Source: Verrucomicrobiota bacterium
Lineage (GTDB): Bacteria > Verrucomicrobiota > Verrucomicrobiia > Chthoniobacterales > JAFAMB01
DNA length: 64,000 nt
Direction of reading: 5' to 3'
Assembly: GCA_019247695.1 (NCBI GenBank)
Contig: JAFBAP010000036.1
Coordinates: forward strand, 27,086 to 91,085
The notes beneath the pieces are model-generated. The model was not told the DNA's origin and searched no databases. It saw only the letters and a program-made list of their open reading frames with translations. Positions within the stretch are counted from its first letter, which is position 1, and each line of letters opens with the position of its first letter. Made by a program: the position numbers and the translations under genes. Positions 1-9,626 of this stretch are shown one piece after another.

Positions 1-1
1 T

Positions 2-280
2 CACTACTGGTCCGCTTCGAACGGGATGACTATCTGTTCGATGGTCGCACCTTCCCGGTATAAGGCGACCGCTTCCGGGTTCGGCTACGTGTTCGTGAAG
101 CTGCCAAACTTCCTGACGATCTTTCTCTTCCCGGTTGCCTTTGAGCACCTGGGTATTCCCCTGGCCACCGCGCTGGTGTCGCTCTCCTCCTTCACCGGTT
201 TCGTGGCGGCGCGGTTCATTTTGCCCGAGGTCTACGGGTATATCGAGCAGGAGAAGGAGCAAGTCGCTTCTGCGGCATAA
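2..280 (+). CDS. MFS-type transporter, C-terminal fragment (N-terminus lies upstream of the window)
   Basis: The frame of ORF 26..280 stays open to the window edge. It has hydrophobic TM-like segments (FLTIFLFPVAF, LATALVSLSSFTGFVAA). These are followed by ILPEVYGYIEQEKE, which resembles the (F/I)LPET-x-G cytoplasmic tail of MFS porters. Confidence 0.5.
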   Translation, partial: HYWSASNGMTICSMVAPSRYKATASGFGYVFVKLPNFLTIFLFPVAFEHLGIPLATALVSLSSFTGFVAARFILPEVYGYIEQEKEQVASAA

Positions 281-341
281 CGGGCTACCTGACCGGCCAA
301 GCAACTTGGCAACGCCTCGTTTTTACAACGGTGCGAGCCCC

Positions 342-1058
342 TCAACGGGTCTTATCGGCGAAAAGGCCGTCGTCCCCATCCCGGATGCCGTGACCGTCGC
401 TCGAAGGATTGCCGAGATCGTCTGTAGGGACCAGTTGCTGGGTAAACGCGGTGAAATAAGCGGCCCACTGCGGTTCATCAAAATCCACCAGCACGGCGCC
501 GTCCTGCCAGACGTCGTTGTGATCGTTATGGTCATCGCGGCCGTTGTTGAGGAAGGCGTCCGAGGTCGACCCCTGGTTCATGTGGACGTCATGAACGCCC
601 AAGCCGTCGACGTACTTGCGACCGAAAATGTACACATCCGCGTGCCCGCTTTGTGCTTTCTGCAAGAGGCGTTTCAACGTGGCGACCGGCTCCGGCGATT
701 CGCTGCCGTCCATGACACCGCTGTTGCGCCATGGGCCGGTGGCGTTGAGAATGTCGGAGCGCAGAAAATCGAGGGCGGGCAGCACGGACGTGCCGGTCAG
801 GTCGTTGAACCCGGCCGGGGCTTGCTTCAGCCCGGTGAGCGCAGGATGGCGGTAGTCAAAGGCAAGTTTATATTTCAGCAAATCATCGGCATCGTTGGTG
901 CCCACGTTGATCGCCGTATCCCAGAGCTCGGTTCCGCCATCGGAGGGCACTGAGCAATGGGCATGGAGATGATACTGGATTTCGTGCTTTTTCCGGCTCG
1001 CTTTGAGAACGGGGACGGACGCCACCTTGCACTTGAGAAAACCATAGGTCAGAGCCAT
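342..1058 (-). CDS. DUF2278 (YukJ-like) family protein, function unknown
   Basis: 238-aa ORF. The N-terminal YGFLKCKV..EIQYHLH block and the central HDVHMNQGS / WQDGAVLV blocks match my recollection of the YukJ/DUF2278 family. Confidence 0.65.
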   Translation of the reverse strand: MALTYGFLKCKVASVPVLKASRKKHEIQYHLHAHCSVPSDGGTELWDTAINVGTNDADDLLKYKLAFDYRHPALTGLKQAPAGFNDLTGTSVLPALDFLRSDILNATGPWRNSGVMDGSESPEPVATLKRLLQKAQSGHADVYIFGRKYVDGLGVHDVHMNQGSTSDAFLNNGRDDHNDHNDVWQDGAVLVDFDEPQWAAYFTAFTQQLVPTDDLGNPSSDGHGIRDGDDGLFADKTR

Positions 1059-1186
1059 AGATGACTTTTCTGCGGTTTAGTTGAGTGGTAAAAACGTTGG
1101 CGCCACGATAGCAGGTAAATCGGCCGGAGCCTTGCTACTTTCGGGCCAGGCCTTGCGGCGTGGTCTGGACTCAGACATACGCCCGC

Positions 1187-2347
1187 TCAGTGTAGATCGG
1201 AGCGAACCTGGATAGGAGAATGACCCAAGGCGGTTGGAGCGGGCCACTCCACCTCACGGTTGAGGTCTTGCAAGCTACCCGCTCCTACCAGCGCCATGGC
1301 GAGACGCAACTCTTCAATCAGCAGCGATAGGCAGCGTGCCACGCCGTCCGCGCCGGCCACAGCCAGAGCGTACACGTAAGGTCGCCCGATCAGGACGGCG
1401 TTTGCACCGCGAGCCAAGCCTTTCAATACGTCGGTACCACGGCGGATGCCGCCGTCGGCGAAGACCGGAATGCGGCCGCCGACCTGTTCAACGATCTCGG
1501 GCAGCGCTTCGATCGTTGGAATGATCGTGTCGAGGTTACGGCCCCCATGATTCGAAACCATGATGCCGTCGACCCCGGTCTGAACCGCTAATTCCGCGTC
1601 GGCCGGATGCAGCACGCCTTTTAGCAAGAGCCTGCTTTTCACCACGGAACGCAACCATTCCACATCCCGCCACGTCACCGCGCTGTGCGGGCCGGGATCA
1701 GAGGCGTGCCGGAAACGCCTGGCGTGCGGGAGTTCCACGCCGGCCGGCACGCGGAATCCCGCCCGCAACTGGCGGGGCCGCAACCCGAGCACGGGTGTGT
1801 CGACGGTTACGCAGACCGCTTCGCAACCGGCCGCTTCGACCCGCGCGATCGAGTCACGCGTGAAACCTCGATCGCCTTGCACGTAGAGTTGAAACCAGCA
1901 CCGGACGTTGGGAATGGCCGTGATCTCTTCGATCGGGACCGTCCCATTCGAGCTCAGGATAAAGGGTACACCATACCGGGCAGCCCCCCGGGCAGAGCCA
2001 AGTTCACCCTCCGGGTGCATGAGCTTTTGATAGGCCGCCGGAGCCAGCAGGAAAGGGACAGGGAGAGAGCGCCCGAAAAATTCCCCGCTTAAGTCCACCG
2101 GCACCACAGAACGGAGGACGCGCGGTCGCAAAAAGATTCTTTGATAGCTCTCCTCGTTGGCACGCAGGGAATGTTCGTCGCCGGCCCCACCCGCCACGTA
2201 CTCGTAGACCGCGTGGGGCAGGCGCCGGCGGGCCTCAAGCTCGAATTCCTGCACCGCAAGGAACTGCGAGACATCGTTTCCTGGTTCGGGCATTGCCGTT
2301 TGCGCTGCCGGGTGATCGCGATGCGTCGTCACATTTCGCGCGCCCAA
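1187..2347 (-). CDS. FMN-dependent alpha-hydroxy-acid dehydrogenase/oxidase (L-lactate dehydrogenase / glycolate oxidase family)
   Basis: 386 aa. Family hallmarks are VSNHGGRNLD (SNHGGRQLD motif), DGGIRRGTDVLKGLARGANAVLIGRP (FMN phosphate site) and N-terminal YEYVAGGAGDE. Its start overlaps the 3' end of the upstream LarA-like gene by 19 nt. Confidence 0.9.
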   Translation of the reverse strand: MGARNVTTHRDHPAAQTAMPEPGNDVSQFLAVQEFELEARRRLPHAVYEYVAGGAGDEHSLRANEESYQRIFLRPRVLRSVVPVDLSGEFFGRSLPVPFLLAPAAYQKLMHPEGELGSARGAARYGVPFILSSNGTVPIEEITAIPNVRCWFQLYVQGDRGFTRDSIARVEAAGCEAVCVTVDTPVLGLRPRQLRAGFRVPAGVELPHARRFRHASDPGPHSAVTWRDVEWLRSVVKSRLLLKGVLHPADAELAVQTGVDGIMVSNHGGRNLDTIIPTIEALPEIVEQVGGRIPVFADGGIRRGTDVLKGLARGANAVLIGRPYVYALAVAGADGVARCLSLLIEELRLAMALVGAGSLQDLNREVEWPAPTALGHSPIQVRSDLH

Positions 2348-3615
2348 TCGGGCCGTTGCCGGAGGTGGTACAACATCTCTCCAGCCTTCGGCACCAGCAA
2401 AATCCCTTCGTCTTCACGGTTCGCGAACGCCTGAGGATCGATGGTGGCCGGATCGCGATAACCAAGGTTGATTTCCGTGCAGATCTCTTCCGGAATACTC
2501 GTCGCAAGCGTCACCCGGATCCGGCAACGCTCAATGCCGTCCTCATAGGTGCCAATCCCCCGGACGTGCGTGGAATGGGCCAGGACGCCCCACGGGACAT
2601 CTTTGTACCTGTCCCACTGCTTCAAAAAGTAATCCCGGCAATGGTAGCCGATCCTGCGAATGAGGGTGCCGTGGGTGAGCGAGATCTCGTGGATGTGAGG
2701 CGCGTAAATGATGAGTTCACCGCCGTCCGCCACCACCGGCTCAAGTTTATACATGCATTTGCCGCCGACCCAGAGTTCATCGTACATCGGCGGGGCGCAC
2801 GAGAGCACCGTGTGGAACGGGCGCTCCTTGTAAGTGATGTGGAATTTGCGGGACAAGTCGCTGGCCTGCTCCCAGGCGCCTTCCGGCGAGCCCGCAAAAA
2901 GGCCAGCCATCTGCCCGTGATCCACCACCATGCAGAAACAGAGCTTGGGTATCGCCACCATCGAGCCCGCATGGTCAACCACTTTACGGACCGGGGTGTG
3001 TTTATTGCCGATGATCATCGGGTTGGTGACCACCGCCCCAAGCCAATGGAAGAAGTTGAGCACTTCGGGCCCGCTCACCCCCGGGAACAGGTATTTGTTG
3101 CCCCCGGAGAATCCCACGACCTCGTGCGGAAAAACCGGGCCGGCGATGATGATCTGATCGTAATCAAACAGGCGGCGATTGACGTTCACAGGCACGTCCA
3201 TCGAAAAAAGTCCGTCGCTGAGCTTTTTGATCTCGCCTGCAGGAATGGTGCCGATGTGCTTCAAGGCTTCCGGATTGTCCCATTCATGGTTGAAAAGCCG
3301 TACGGCCCCGTATTTCGTACGGCGATCCTCGACGGAAATCTCCAGTCGGCGGCAAATCGCCTCCTCGCTCATCGGTTGGTGCGTGCCGAGCGCGACCATG
3401 ACGTCGAGCGCCGCCGCCTCAGCACCGATCTGGTTGAAGATGCCTTTGAACAGCATCCCCAGCGGACAAGTCCGCGTCGCGTCCGGGACGATGAGGATCA
3501 CTTTCTTCCCGCGATATTCCGAGCTTGGGCAGGCCTCGCTGATCACTTCGCGCACCTGCTCGTTGCTGAGGTAAGACCCTGGAGGGCTAAGCCGGGAGAT
3601 GATGGGGGATGACAT
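2329..3615 (-). CDS. LarA-family (DUF2088) nickel-pincer-cofactor-dependent 2-hydroxyacid racemase/epimerase homologue
   Basis: 428 aa. ALGTHQPMS and PHEVVGFSGGNKYLFPG correspond, from memory of LarA, to the first catalytic His motif and to the second catalytic His plus cofactor-tethering Lys motif. Overall length and N-terminal domain layout resemble lactate racemase. Confidence 0.8.
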   Translation of the reverse strand: MSSPIISRLSPPGSYLSNEQVREVISEACPSSEYRGKKVILIVPDATRTCPLGMLFKGIFNQIGAEAAALDVMVALGTHQPMSEEAICRRLEISVEDRRTKYGAVRLFNHEWDNPEALKHIGTIPAGEIKKLSDGLFSMDVPVNVNRRLFDYDQIIIAGPVFPHEVVGFSGGNKYLFPGVSGPEVLNFFHWLGAVVTNPMIIGNKHTPVRKVVDHAGSMVAIPKLCFCMVVDHGQMAGLFAGSPEGAWEQASDLSRKFHITYKERPFHTVLSCAPPMYDELWVGGKCMYKLEPVVADGGELIIYAPHIHEISLTHGTLIRRIGYHCRDYFLKQWDRYKDVPWGVLAHSTHVRGIGTYEDGIERCRIRVTLATSIPEEICTEINLGYRDPATIDPQAFANREDEGILLVPKAGEMLYHLRQRPDWAREM

Positions 3616-3885
3616 AAATTCCTTAACCTTTAATGGTGCACGTCGTTCGTTCGGCCCCTCCGCTCAACCCGGATGGATTCCGGGCGGAAACTTCCCGGCG
3701 GTGACCGGTGACCGGGTCCGATCGGTAACCTGCAGGTGAAGGCGGCGCGGCTCGATGACCTGAAGCGGCATCGGGAACAGCGAAACGATACGCCTGACTG
3801 CCGGGAAAGCAAGGTCTGACCACTTGACCGTGCCGCTGCCCGGTCTTATCAGATCAAAGGTACACCCCTGAGCTGGAGCGACGCC

Positions 3886-5310
3886 ATGGATAAACCATTT
3901 CTCCCGGAGAATTTTCTGCTCTCAACGTCCACGAGCGAAAAGCTTTATTTCGAGATTGCTCAATCGCTTCCCATCTTCGATTACCATTGCCACATTCCTC
4001 CGGCCGACGTTGCCGGCAACCGGCGATTCGAGAACCTGACTCAGATCTGGCTCGTGGAGGGCCGTTACGGCGACCATTACAAATGGCGGGCCATGCGCGC
4101 CAACGGGGTACCCGAACGCTTCATCACCGGCGACGCGAGCGATTACGAAAAGTTTCTGGCTTTCGCCCGCACGGTTCCGTTTGCGGTCCGCAACCCGCTT
4201 TACCATTGGACCCACCTGGAGCTGCGGCGTTACTTCGGCATCACTGAACTTTTGAACGAAGCATCCGCTCCAAGAATCTGGGCGCAGGCCAACGAGCAAC
4301 TCAAGGACCTGCCCATCCATCGGATCCTCGAAAAATTCCGGGTCTCAGTCATCTGCACGACGGATGACCCGATCGACGATCTCGCCGGCCATCAGGCGAT
4401 TCGCGCCAGCGGCCTGCCGACCCGGGTTTACCCGGCGTTCCGCCCGGACAAGGCATTCGCAATCGAGCAGGGAGACGCTTTCCAGGCGTGGGTTGGACGC
4501 CTGGAAAAAGTGAGCGGTCACGCCGCCTCGGAACTGTCGGGCTTACTCGAGGCGCTGCGTGTCCGGCACGGCTTTTTTGGATCCCTCGGGGCGAAGTTGT
4601 CAGATCACGGCTTACCCTTCGTCTACTCGGAGCCATGCGATGAAGCTGAGGCGAGCGCAATCTACTCGCGGGCACGAGCGGGCACCGCACCCGGTGAGGC
4701 GGAGGCGATGAAGTTTCGCAGCTTCATGCTCCGCTTTTTTGCTGAATTGGATGCCGACGCGGGGTGGACCAAGCAGTTGCACCTTGGTGCGCTGCGTAAT
4801 ACCAATCGCCGGCGGTTAGCCGAGTTTGGTCCCGACACCGGGTACGATTCGATCGGCGACTGGCCGCAAGGCGAACCGCTGGCCCGGTACCTGGATCAGT
4901 TAGAAAGCGCCGGTAAACTGCCGAAAATGATCCTGTATAACCTCAATCCGGCGGACAACTACGTGCTCGCCACGATGGTCGGCAATTTTCAGGATGGCTC
5001 GATCCCGGGCAAGCTGCAGTTTGGGAGCGGTTGGTGGTTTCTGGACCAGAAGGAGGGGATGGAATGGCAAATGAATGCGCTCTCGAGCGTCGGCTTGCTC
5101 AGCCGGTTTGTCGGGATGTTAACCGATTCGCGAAGTTTCATGTCTTACCCTCGTCATGAGTACTTCCGGCGTCTGCTTTGTAATCTGATCGGGACGGACG
5201 TGGAGCGCGGAGAGATCCCGGATGACGAGGCCCTTCTCGCCGGCCTGATCCGCGGTATTTGCTTTGACAACGCCAAGGCGTACTTTGGACTCGAATGCGG
5301 CAAGGTGTGA
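3886..5310 (+). CDS. uxaC: Glucuronate isomerase (uronate isomerase)
   Basis: 474 aa. Typical UxaC N-terminus FLPENFLL..LYFEIAQSLPIFDYHCHIPP, then GDHYKWRAMRANGV, and a C-terminal FGSGWWF..MLTDSRSF..YPRHEYFRR. Confidence 0.95.
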   Translation: MDKPFLPENFLLSTSTSEKLYFEIAQSLPIFDYHCHIPPADVAGNRRFENLTQIWLVEGRYGDHYKWRAMRANGVPERFITGDASDYEKFLAFARTVPFAVRNPLYHWTHLELRRYFGITELLNEASAPRIWAQANEQLKDLPIHRILEKFRVSVICTTDDPIDDLAGHQAIRASGLPTRVYPAFRPDKAFAIEQGDAFQAWVGRLEKVSGHAASELSGLLEALRVRHGFFGSLGAKLSDHGLPFVYSEPCDEAEASAIYSRARAGTAPGEAEAMKFRSFMLRFFAELDADAGWTKQLHLGALRNTNRRRLAEFGPDTGYDSIGDWPQGEPLARYLDQLESAGKLPKMILYNLNPADNYVLATMVGNFQDGSIPGKLQFGSGWWFLDQKEGMEWQMNALSSVGLLSRFVGMLTDSRSFMSYPRHEYFRRLLCNLIGTDVERGEIPDDEALLAGLIRGICFDNAKAYFGLECGKV

Positions 5311-5399
5311 GTGAGCGCAATTTGTATTTTTGACGATGGGTGTGAGTTAACCTATCCCGCACGGGCGGCCCGGAAGCCGTCTTCCGTCCCGAAGTGCCA

Positions 5400-6031
5400 A
5401 GGGAACTGATACCATTTCGATGACCATCGAGGTAAAATTTTGTCTTAGGCCCGACGGGCCGGGGGACGGTTTGATGGCCCGAAGGGCCAAAGGACTTAGC
5501 CCAGGGTTTACCCTGGGTAACCGTCAAATAACGATGAGCCCCCCTAAGGCGTCACGCCTTAGGAGGAATTGATCGGGGAGGGGTGCATTCCCCCCGGGGT
5601 TGCGTCCCCTCGGGACGCCTGAAGGCGGGCGCCGGGCCAGGCGGGCTTCAAAGATTGGGGAGCCGTTCGGGTTTTAGGCGCCGAGGGTCGCGCCGGGTTT
5701 GGCCGGCCGTTTGGGAGCCGGCACCCTCCGGGGCAGCGTTTCAGGCGTCCCGACGGGACGCGCTCCCTCTTAAATGCCCCGTTCAGGGACTGAAGTCCCT
5801 GGCTAAGATCAGCCGTCCCTTCGGGACGAAAGCGCCCCCCGTCCGCCGGCCCTTAACTAAATGGCAGTGGGGTAAACCCTGGGCTCAGTTCCTTTGGCCC
5901 TTCAGGCCGTAAGACGGTCTCCCGGCCCGTTGGGCCTAGACGGTTTATACGGTCTGATAGGTGTAACGCCGGCAGGGCGCCTGGGAAGGAGGACATAAAT
6001 GTGCGTCCATGGCCGTCGAAATGGTATCAGA
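5400..6031. repeat. Composite, nearly palindromic hairpin-rich repeat cluster filling the uxaC / SDR intergenic region
   Basis: The arm at 5442-5513 is the imperfect reverse complement of 5869-5941 (shared cccagggtttaccc / ggccc-gaag-ggcc / ggcccg-cgggcc modules). The outer inverted pair is gataccatttcga (5408-5420) / tcgaaatggtatc (6017-6029). The centre is a chain of short GC stems with 4-nt loops (gggac-tgaa-gtccc, gtccc-ttcg-ggac, gacgcc-tgaa-ggcg). Confidence 0.75.
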
Positions 6032-6842
6032 TCGTCTGCGAAAGAAATCCGCCGTCCACCCGAAGGTCGATGCCGGTAACGAAGCCGCTGGCTCGTTCGC
6101 TGGCAAGGAAGACCGCGGCGCCAACGAGTTCGGAAGGGTTTCCGAAACGCGCCATCGGCGTGTGGCCCAGGATCACCTGGCCACGGGCGGTCGGTGTTCC
6201 ATCCTCATTGAAGAGCAAGCGACGGTTTTGCTCTCCGGGGAAAAAGCCGGGCGTGATGGAATTGACGCGAACGTTTTCCGGAGCCCATTCTCGCGCCAGG
6301 AACAGCGTAAGGTTAAGCAACGCGGCTTTTGCGGCTGAATAGGCCACAACCCGCGAGAGGGGCAGGTGGGCCGACACGCTGGCGACGTTGATGATGCTGC
6401 CTTTGCGCTGCTTCTTCATCACGGGCCCGAACACCTGGCACGGGAGCAGCGCGCCGCCCACGAGGTTCATGTCGAAATTCTCACGCCAATCCGCGGGACT
6501 GATCTGCTCAAACGGGCGGTCCGGGGTCACGGTAACCCGGGGATCATTTCCGCCGGCGGCGTTGACAAGGATGGTCGGGACGCCCAGGCGGCTCGACACG
6601 GCCTCACACGCGCCTTGGAGCGAGGGCTGGTCGAGAGCGTCCGCCGCGAAAAATCCGGCGGTGCCCCCTTGTTTTTGGATTGAGTGAGCGCGCTCTTCGC
6701 CCCGTTGGGCGTTGCGGCCCAGGATGGCCACTTTGGCGCCTGCAGCAGCTAAACCTTCCGCCATGGCGCCACCAAGTACGCCGGTGGCGCCGATCACGGC
6801 CGCAACCTCTCCGGTCAGATCAAACAAGTTCACGATTGACAA
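6027..6842 (-). CDS. SDR-family oxidoreductase, probably a D-mannonate/fructuronate-type reductase from context
   Basis: 271 aa. It has the Rossmann motif AAVIGATGVLGGAMA, the catalytic YSAAKAA (YxxxK) and the NVRVNSITPG block. It sits between uxaC and uxaE/exuT. Substrate assignment rests on context only. Confidence 0.8.
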   Translation of the reverse strand: MSIVNLFDLTGEVAAVIGATGVLGGAMAEGLAAAGAKVAILGRNAQRGEERAHSIQKQGGTAGFFAADALDQPSLQGACEAVSSRLGVPTILVNAAGGNDPRVTVTPDRPFEQISPADWRENFDMNLVGGALLPCQVFGPVMKKQRKGSIINVASVSAHLPLSRVVAYSAAKAALLNLTLFLAREWAPENVRVNSITPGFFPGEQNRRLLFNEDGTPTARGQVILGHTPMARFGNPSELVGAAVFLASERASGFVTGIDLRVDGGFLSQTI

Positions 6843-6979
6843 GCTCTCCGAGCTTACTTAATGGTCAAGTGGTAAGGCCTATTTTCTCGAGCTCGGTCGG
6901 GCCGCAGTTTTCGGGGGTTGACTCCAGGCACCGCGAAACCGGCTCCGTTCCCCGATCTCCACCATTCTACCCAACCATT

Positions 6980-8224
6980 GTGAAAATCCAAAAGTACACG
7001 TTCGGCACGGGCGACCGGTTCGCGCATCAGGGCAAGGCTCAGCTTCAGGCGATTTTGAAGGCGCGTGCAGCCGGGATCGACGTTTACCCGGTTTGGAACA
7101 AATCCAATCGCGAGCATGTGATCATCAAGAGCAAGCCCGACGACGTTCGGGCGGAGGCCGACGCGGCGGTGGCCGCATTGGGTTGGAGTGGACCTTACTA
7201 CGTTGATGCCGACCATATCGGTTTGAAAACAGTCGATCCATTCATTTCCGCCAGCAACTTTTTTACCCTCGACGTGGCCGATTTCACCGGCAAACCCGCT
7301 GACGCCGGTGCCATTGACGCTTTTGCGAAGGCGGTGGGCCGCTACGCCGGCTCGCTCTCGATTCCCGGCATTGACCGGCCCTTTGATCTGACGGAGGAAA
7401 CCGTGAGAGGAGCCGCCGGCAAATTCCTGCTGGCGGTGCAGGAAGCAGGTCGCATTTACCGGCACATCGAAGGCAGGAAAGGGCGCGAGGACTTTGTTAC
7501 GGAAGTCTCGGTCGACGAAACCGACACGCCGCAAAATCCCGTCGAATTGTTCCTGATCCTGGCCATGATCGCCGAGGAAGGGATTCCGGTTCAAACGATC
7601 GCCCCGAAGTTCACCGGGCGTTTCAACAAGGGGGTTGATTACGTCGGTGACCTCCGGCAATTCGAGAAAGAATTCGACGAGGACCTCAGCGTGATTGCCT
7701 TCGCCATCCGCGAATTCGGGCTTTCCGACACCCTCAAGCTCAGCGTTCATTCCGGCAGCGACAAATTTTCGATTTACCCCATCATCAACCGGCTGATCAA
7801 GAAGCACGACGCCGGTTTGCACGTTAAAACTGCGGGCACCACCTGGCTTGAGGAGGTGATCGGGCTGGCCGAGTCGGGCGGCGAGGGGTTAGAAATGGTT
7901 AAAGAGATTTACGCCCAGGCGCACGACCATTTTGCGGACCTGGCGGCACCGTACAGCACGGTAATCGACATCGATCCGGCCAGGCTGCCGAGCCCGAAGG
8001 CCGCTAACGGCTGGAGTTCAGCCCAATACGCCAACGCCCTCCGCCACGTGGAGTCACACCCCGAATACAATCCCCATTTCCGGCAACTTTTGCACGTCGG
8101 GTTCAAGGTCGCAGCCGGGATGGGCCAACGGTTCACCGGAGCGCTGGAGGCAAATGAGGGGATCGTTGCCCGGCACGTGACCGAAAATCTTCTTAACCGC
8201 CATTTGCTGCCGATTCTCGGATAA
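6980..8224 (+). CDS. uxaE: Tagaturonate/fructuronate epimerase (UxaE family)
   Basis: KYTFGTGDRFAHQGKAQLQAI..YPVWNKSNREH..YYVDADHIG..SVHSGSDKFS match my recollection of UxaE. The track ORF starts at TTG 6680 and would overlap the divergent SDR. I place the start at in-frame GTG 6980, just before the conserved block; start uncertainty is about 100 nt. Confidence 0.8.
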   Translation: MKIQKYTFGTGDRFAHQGKAQLQAILKARAAGIDVYPVWNKSNREHVIIKSKPDDVRAEADAAVAALGWSGPYYVDADHIGLKTVDPFISASNFFTLDVADFTGKPADAGAIDAFAKAVGRYAGSLSIPGIDRPFDLTEETVRGAAGKFLLAVQEAGRIYRHIEGRKGREDFVTEVSVDETDTPQNPVELFLILAMIAEEGIPVQTIAPKFTGRFNKGVDYVGDLRQFEKEFDEDLSVIAFAIREFGLSDTLKLSVHSGSDKFSIYPIINRLIKKHDAGLHVKTAGTTWLEEVIGLAESGGEGLEMVKEIYAQAHDHFADLAAPYSTVIDIDPARLPSPKAANGWSSAQYANALRHVESHPEYNPHFRQLLHVGFKVAAGMGQRFTGALEANEGIVARHVTENLLNRHLLPILG

Positions 8225-8279
8225 AACCGCTGCGGGATTAAAAACCGGTGTCTGAACGTAACGGCACGGCGGGAGGAAT

Positions 8280-9611
8280 ATGTCACAAGCTCTCAAGGTT
8301 AAACCCGGACGCCCGGCAACTACACGCGGCAGCTACCGGTGGGTGATTTGTGGACTGTTGTTCTTCGCCACCACCGTGAATTACATGGATCGGCAAATCC
8401 TATCCCTGCTCAAGCCGATCCTTGATAACCAACTCCACTGGAGCAACGAGCAGTTTGGCGCCGTAAACTCTGCGTTTCAGGGTGCCTACGCCGTAGGCGG
8501 ACTGCTCTTCGGGTGGTTGGTGGACCGGCTCGGAACCAAGGTCGGCTACTCCCTTTCGATTGCGGGCTGGAGTCTCGCCGCCATGGGCCACGCGCTGGTG
8601 TCGAGCGTGACGGGATTCGGCATTGCACGGATGTGTTTGGGAATCAGTGAGGCGGGCAATTTCCCGTCGTCGATCAAGACGGTGGCACTCTGGTTCCCTA
8701 AAAAAGAAAGGACCTTCGCGACGAGCTTGTTCAACTCGGGCTCAAACGTCGGGCCGATCATCGCGCCGATCCTCATTCCCTGGATCGCGCTTACCTGGGG
8801 TTGGCACATGGCGTTCATCGTGGCTGGCCTGGCCGGGTTTCTCTGGCTCTGTTTCTGGATCCCGCTTTACGAAGAACCGGGACGGCAGAAGCGGCTGAGC
8901 GCGGAGGAACTGGCATACATTCAGAGCGACCACGATGAGTCGCACGCCGAGGGCATTGCGAAAATCCGTTGGCTGAGCCTGCTTAAATACCGGCAGGCCT
9001 GGTCCATCATCGTGGCAAGATTCCTGACCGATCCGGTCTGGTGGTTCTTTCTCATCTGGCTGCCCGACTATTTCAAGAAAACGCGTCAGCTCGACATCGC
9101 ACACAGTTGGATTCACCTGGTGACGATCTACGCGATCATTACCGTTCTGAGCAACATAGGCGGGTGGCTGCCGGGCTATCTGATGCGGCGCGGCTGGAGC
9201 GTGACGCGGGCACGCAAGACCTCAATGTTTATTTTTGCGCTTTGCGTGGTGCCGATTCTGTTCGCCACCAGCGTCGGAAACTGGGCTGCCGTCTTCCTGA
9301 TCGGGCTGGCGGGATCCGCCCACCAAGCGTGGTCGGCAAGCCTTTACTCGACGGCCTCGGACATGTTCCCGAAGCACGCCGTCGCCTCCCTGATCGGGCT
9401 GGGCAGCGCGGCCGGGTCTACCGCAGGAATGATCTTCCCCATCGTTACCGGCCTCCTGCTGGATAAGTTTACGGCCCAGGGAAACGTGACCGGAGGCTAC
9501 ACCATTCTATTTCTCATCTGCGCCTTTGCCTACCTGGTGGCCTTCGCCCTTAATCACCTGTGCGCACCGCGGTTTGAGGAATTGTCGGCTCCGGAGTTGG
9601 AAACGCGGTAA
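8280..9611 (+). CDS. exuT: MFS hexuronate transporter (ACS family)
   Basis: 443 aa, about 12 TM segments. YRWVICGLLFFATTVNYMDRQILSLLKP and SEAGNFPSSIKTVALWFPKKER are typical of ExuT-type transporters. It is adjacent to uxaE and uxaC. Confidence 0.85.
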   Translation: MSQALKVKPGRPATTRGSYRWVICGLLFFATTVNYMDRQILSLLKPILDNQLHWSNEQFGAVNSAFQGAYAVGGLLFGWLVDRLGTKVGYSLSIAGWSLAAMGHALVSSVTGFGIARMCLGISEAGNFPSSIKTVALWFPKKERTFATSLFNSGSNVGPIIAPILIPWIALTWGWHMAFIVAGLAGFLWLCFWIPLYEEPGRQKRLSAEELAYIQSDHDESHAEGIAKIRWLSLLKYRQAWSIIVARFLTDPVWWFFLIWLPDYFKKTRQLDIAHSWIHLVTIYAIITVLSNIGGWLPGYLMRRGWSVTRARKTSMFIFALCVVPILFATSVGNWAAVFLIGLAGSAHQAWSASLYSTASDMFPKHAVASLIGLGSAAGSTAGMIFPIVTGLLLDKFTAQGNVTGGYTILFLICAFAYLVAFALNHLCAPRFEELSAPELETR

Positions 9612-9626
9612 AGCAGCGTCCGCCGA

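Noticed and set aside
2293-3612. 439-aa ORF on the + strand covering the LarA-like gene
   Set aside because: It is antisense to a gene with strong family motifs. The product is Arg/His/Asp-rich with no recognisable motif. Such shadow ORFs are expected in GC-rich DNA.
5138-5912. ORFs 5138..5527(-) and 5583..5912(+), and similarly 24380..24694(+), as small proteins
   Set aside because: They lie entirely within the hairpin repeat clusters. Their 'conserved' peptides (TQGKPWA, RPVGPKT) are translations of repeat modules that occur in both orientations.
5400-6031. CRISPR array
   Set aside because: The repeats are inverted and modular. They are not direct repeats of constant length with regular unique spacers, and no cas genes are in the window.
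6680-7822. The TTG-6680 extension of the uxaE ORF and the 322-aa antisense ORF 6854..7822
   Set aside because: The extension would overlap the divergent SDR by 160 nt and encodes low-complexity Arg/Ser/Pro sequence. The antisense ORF has no family features.
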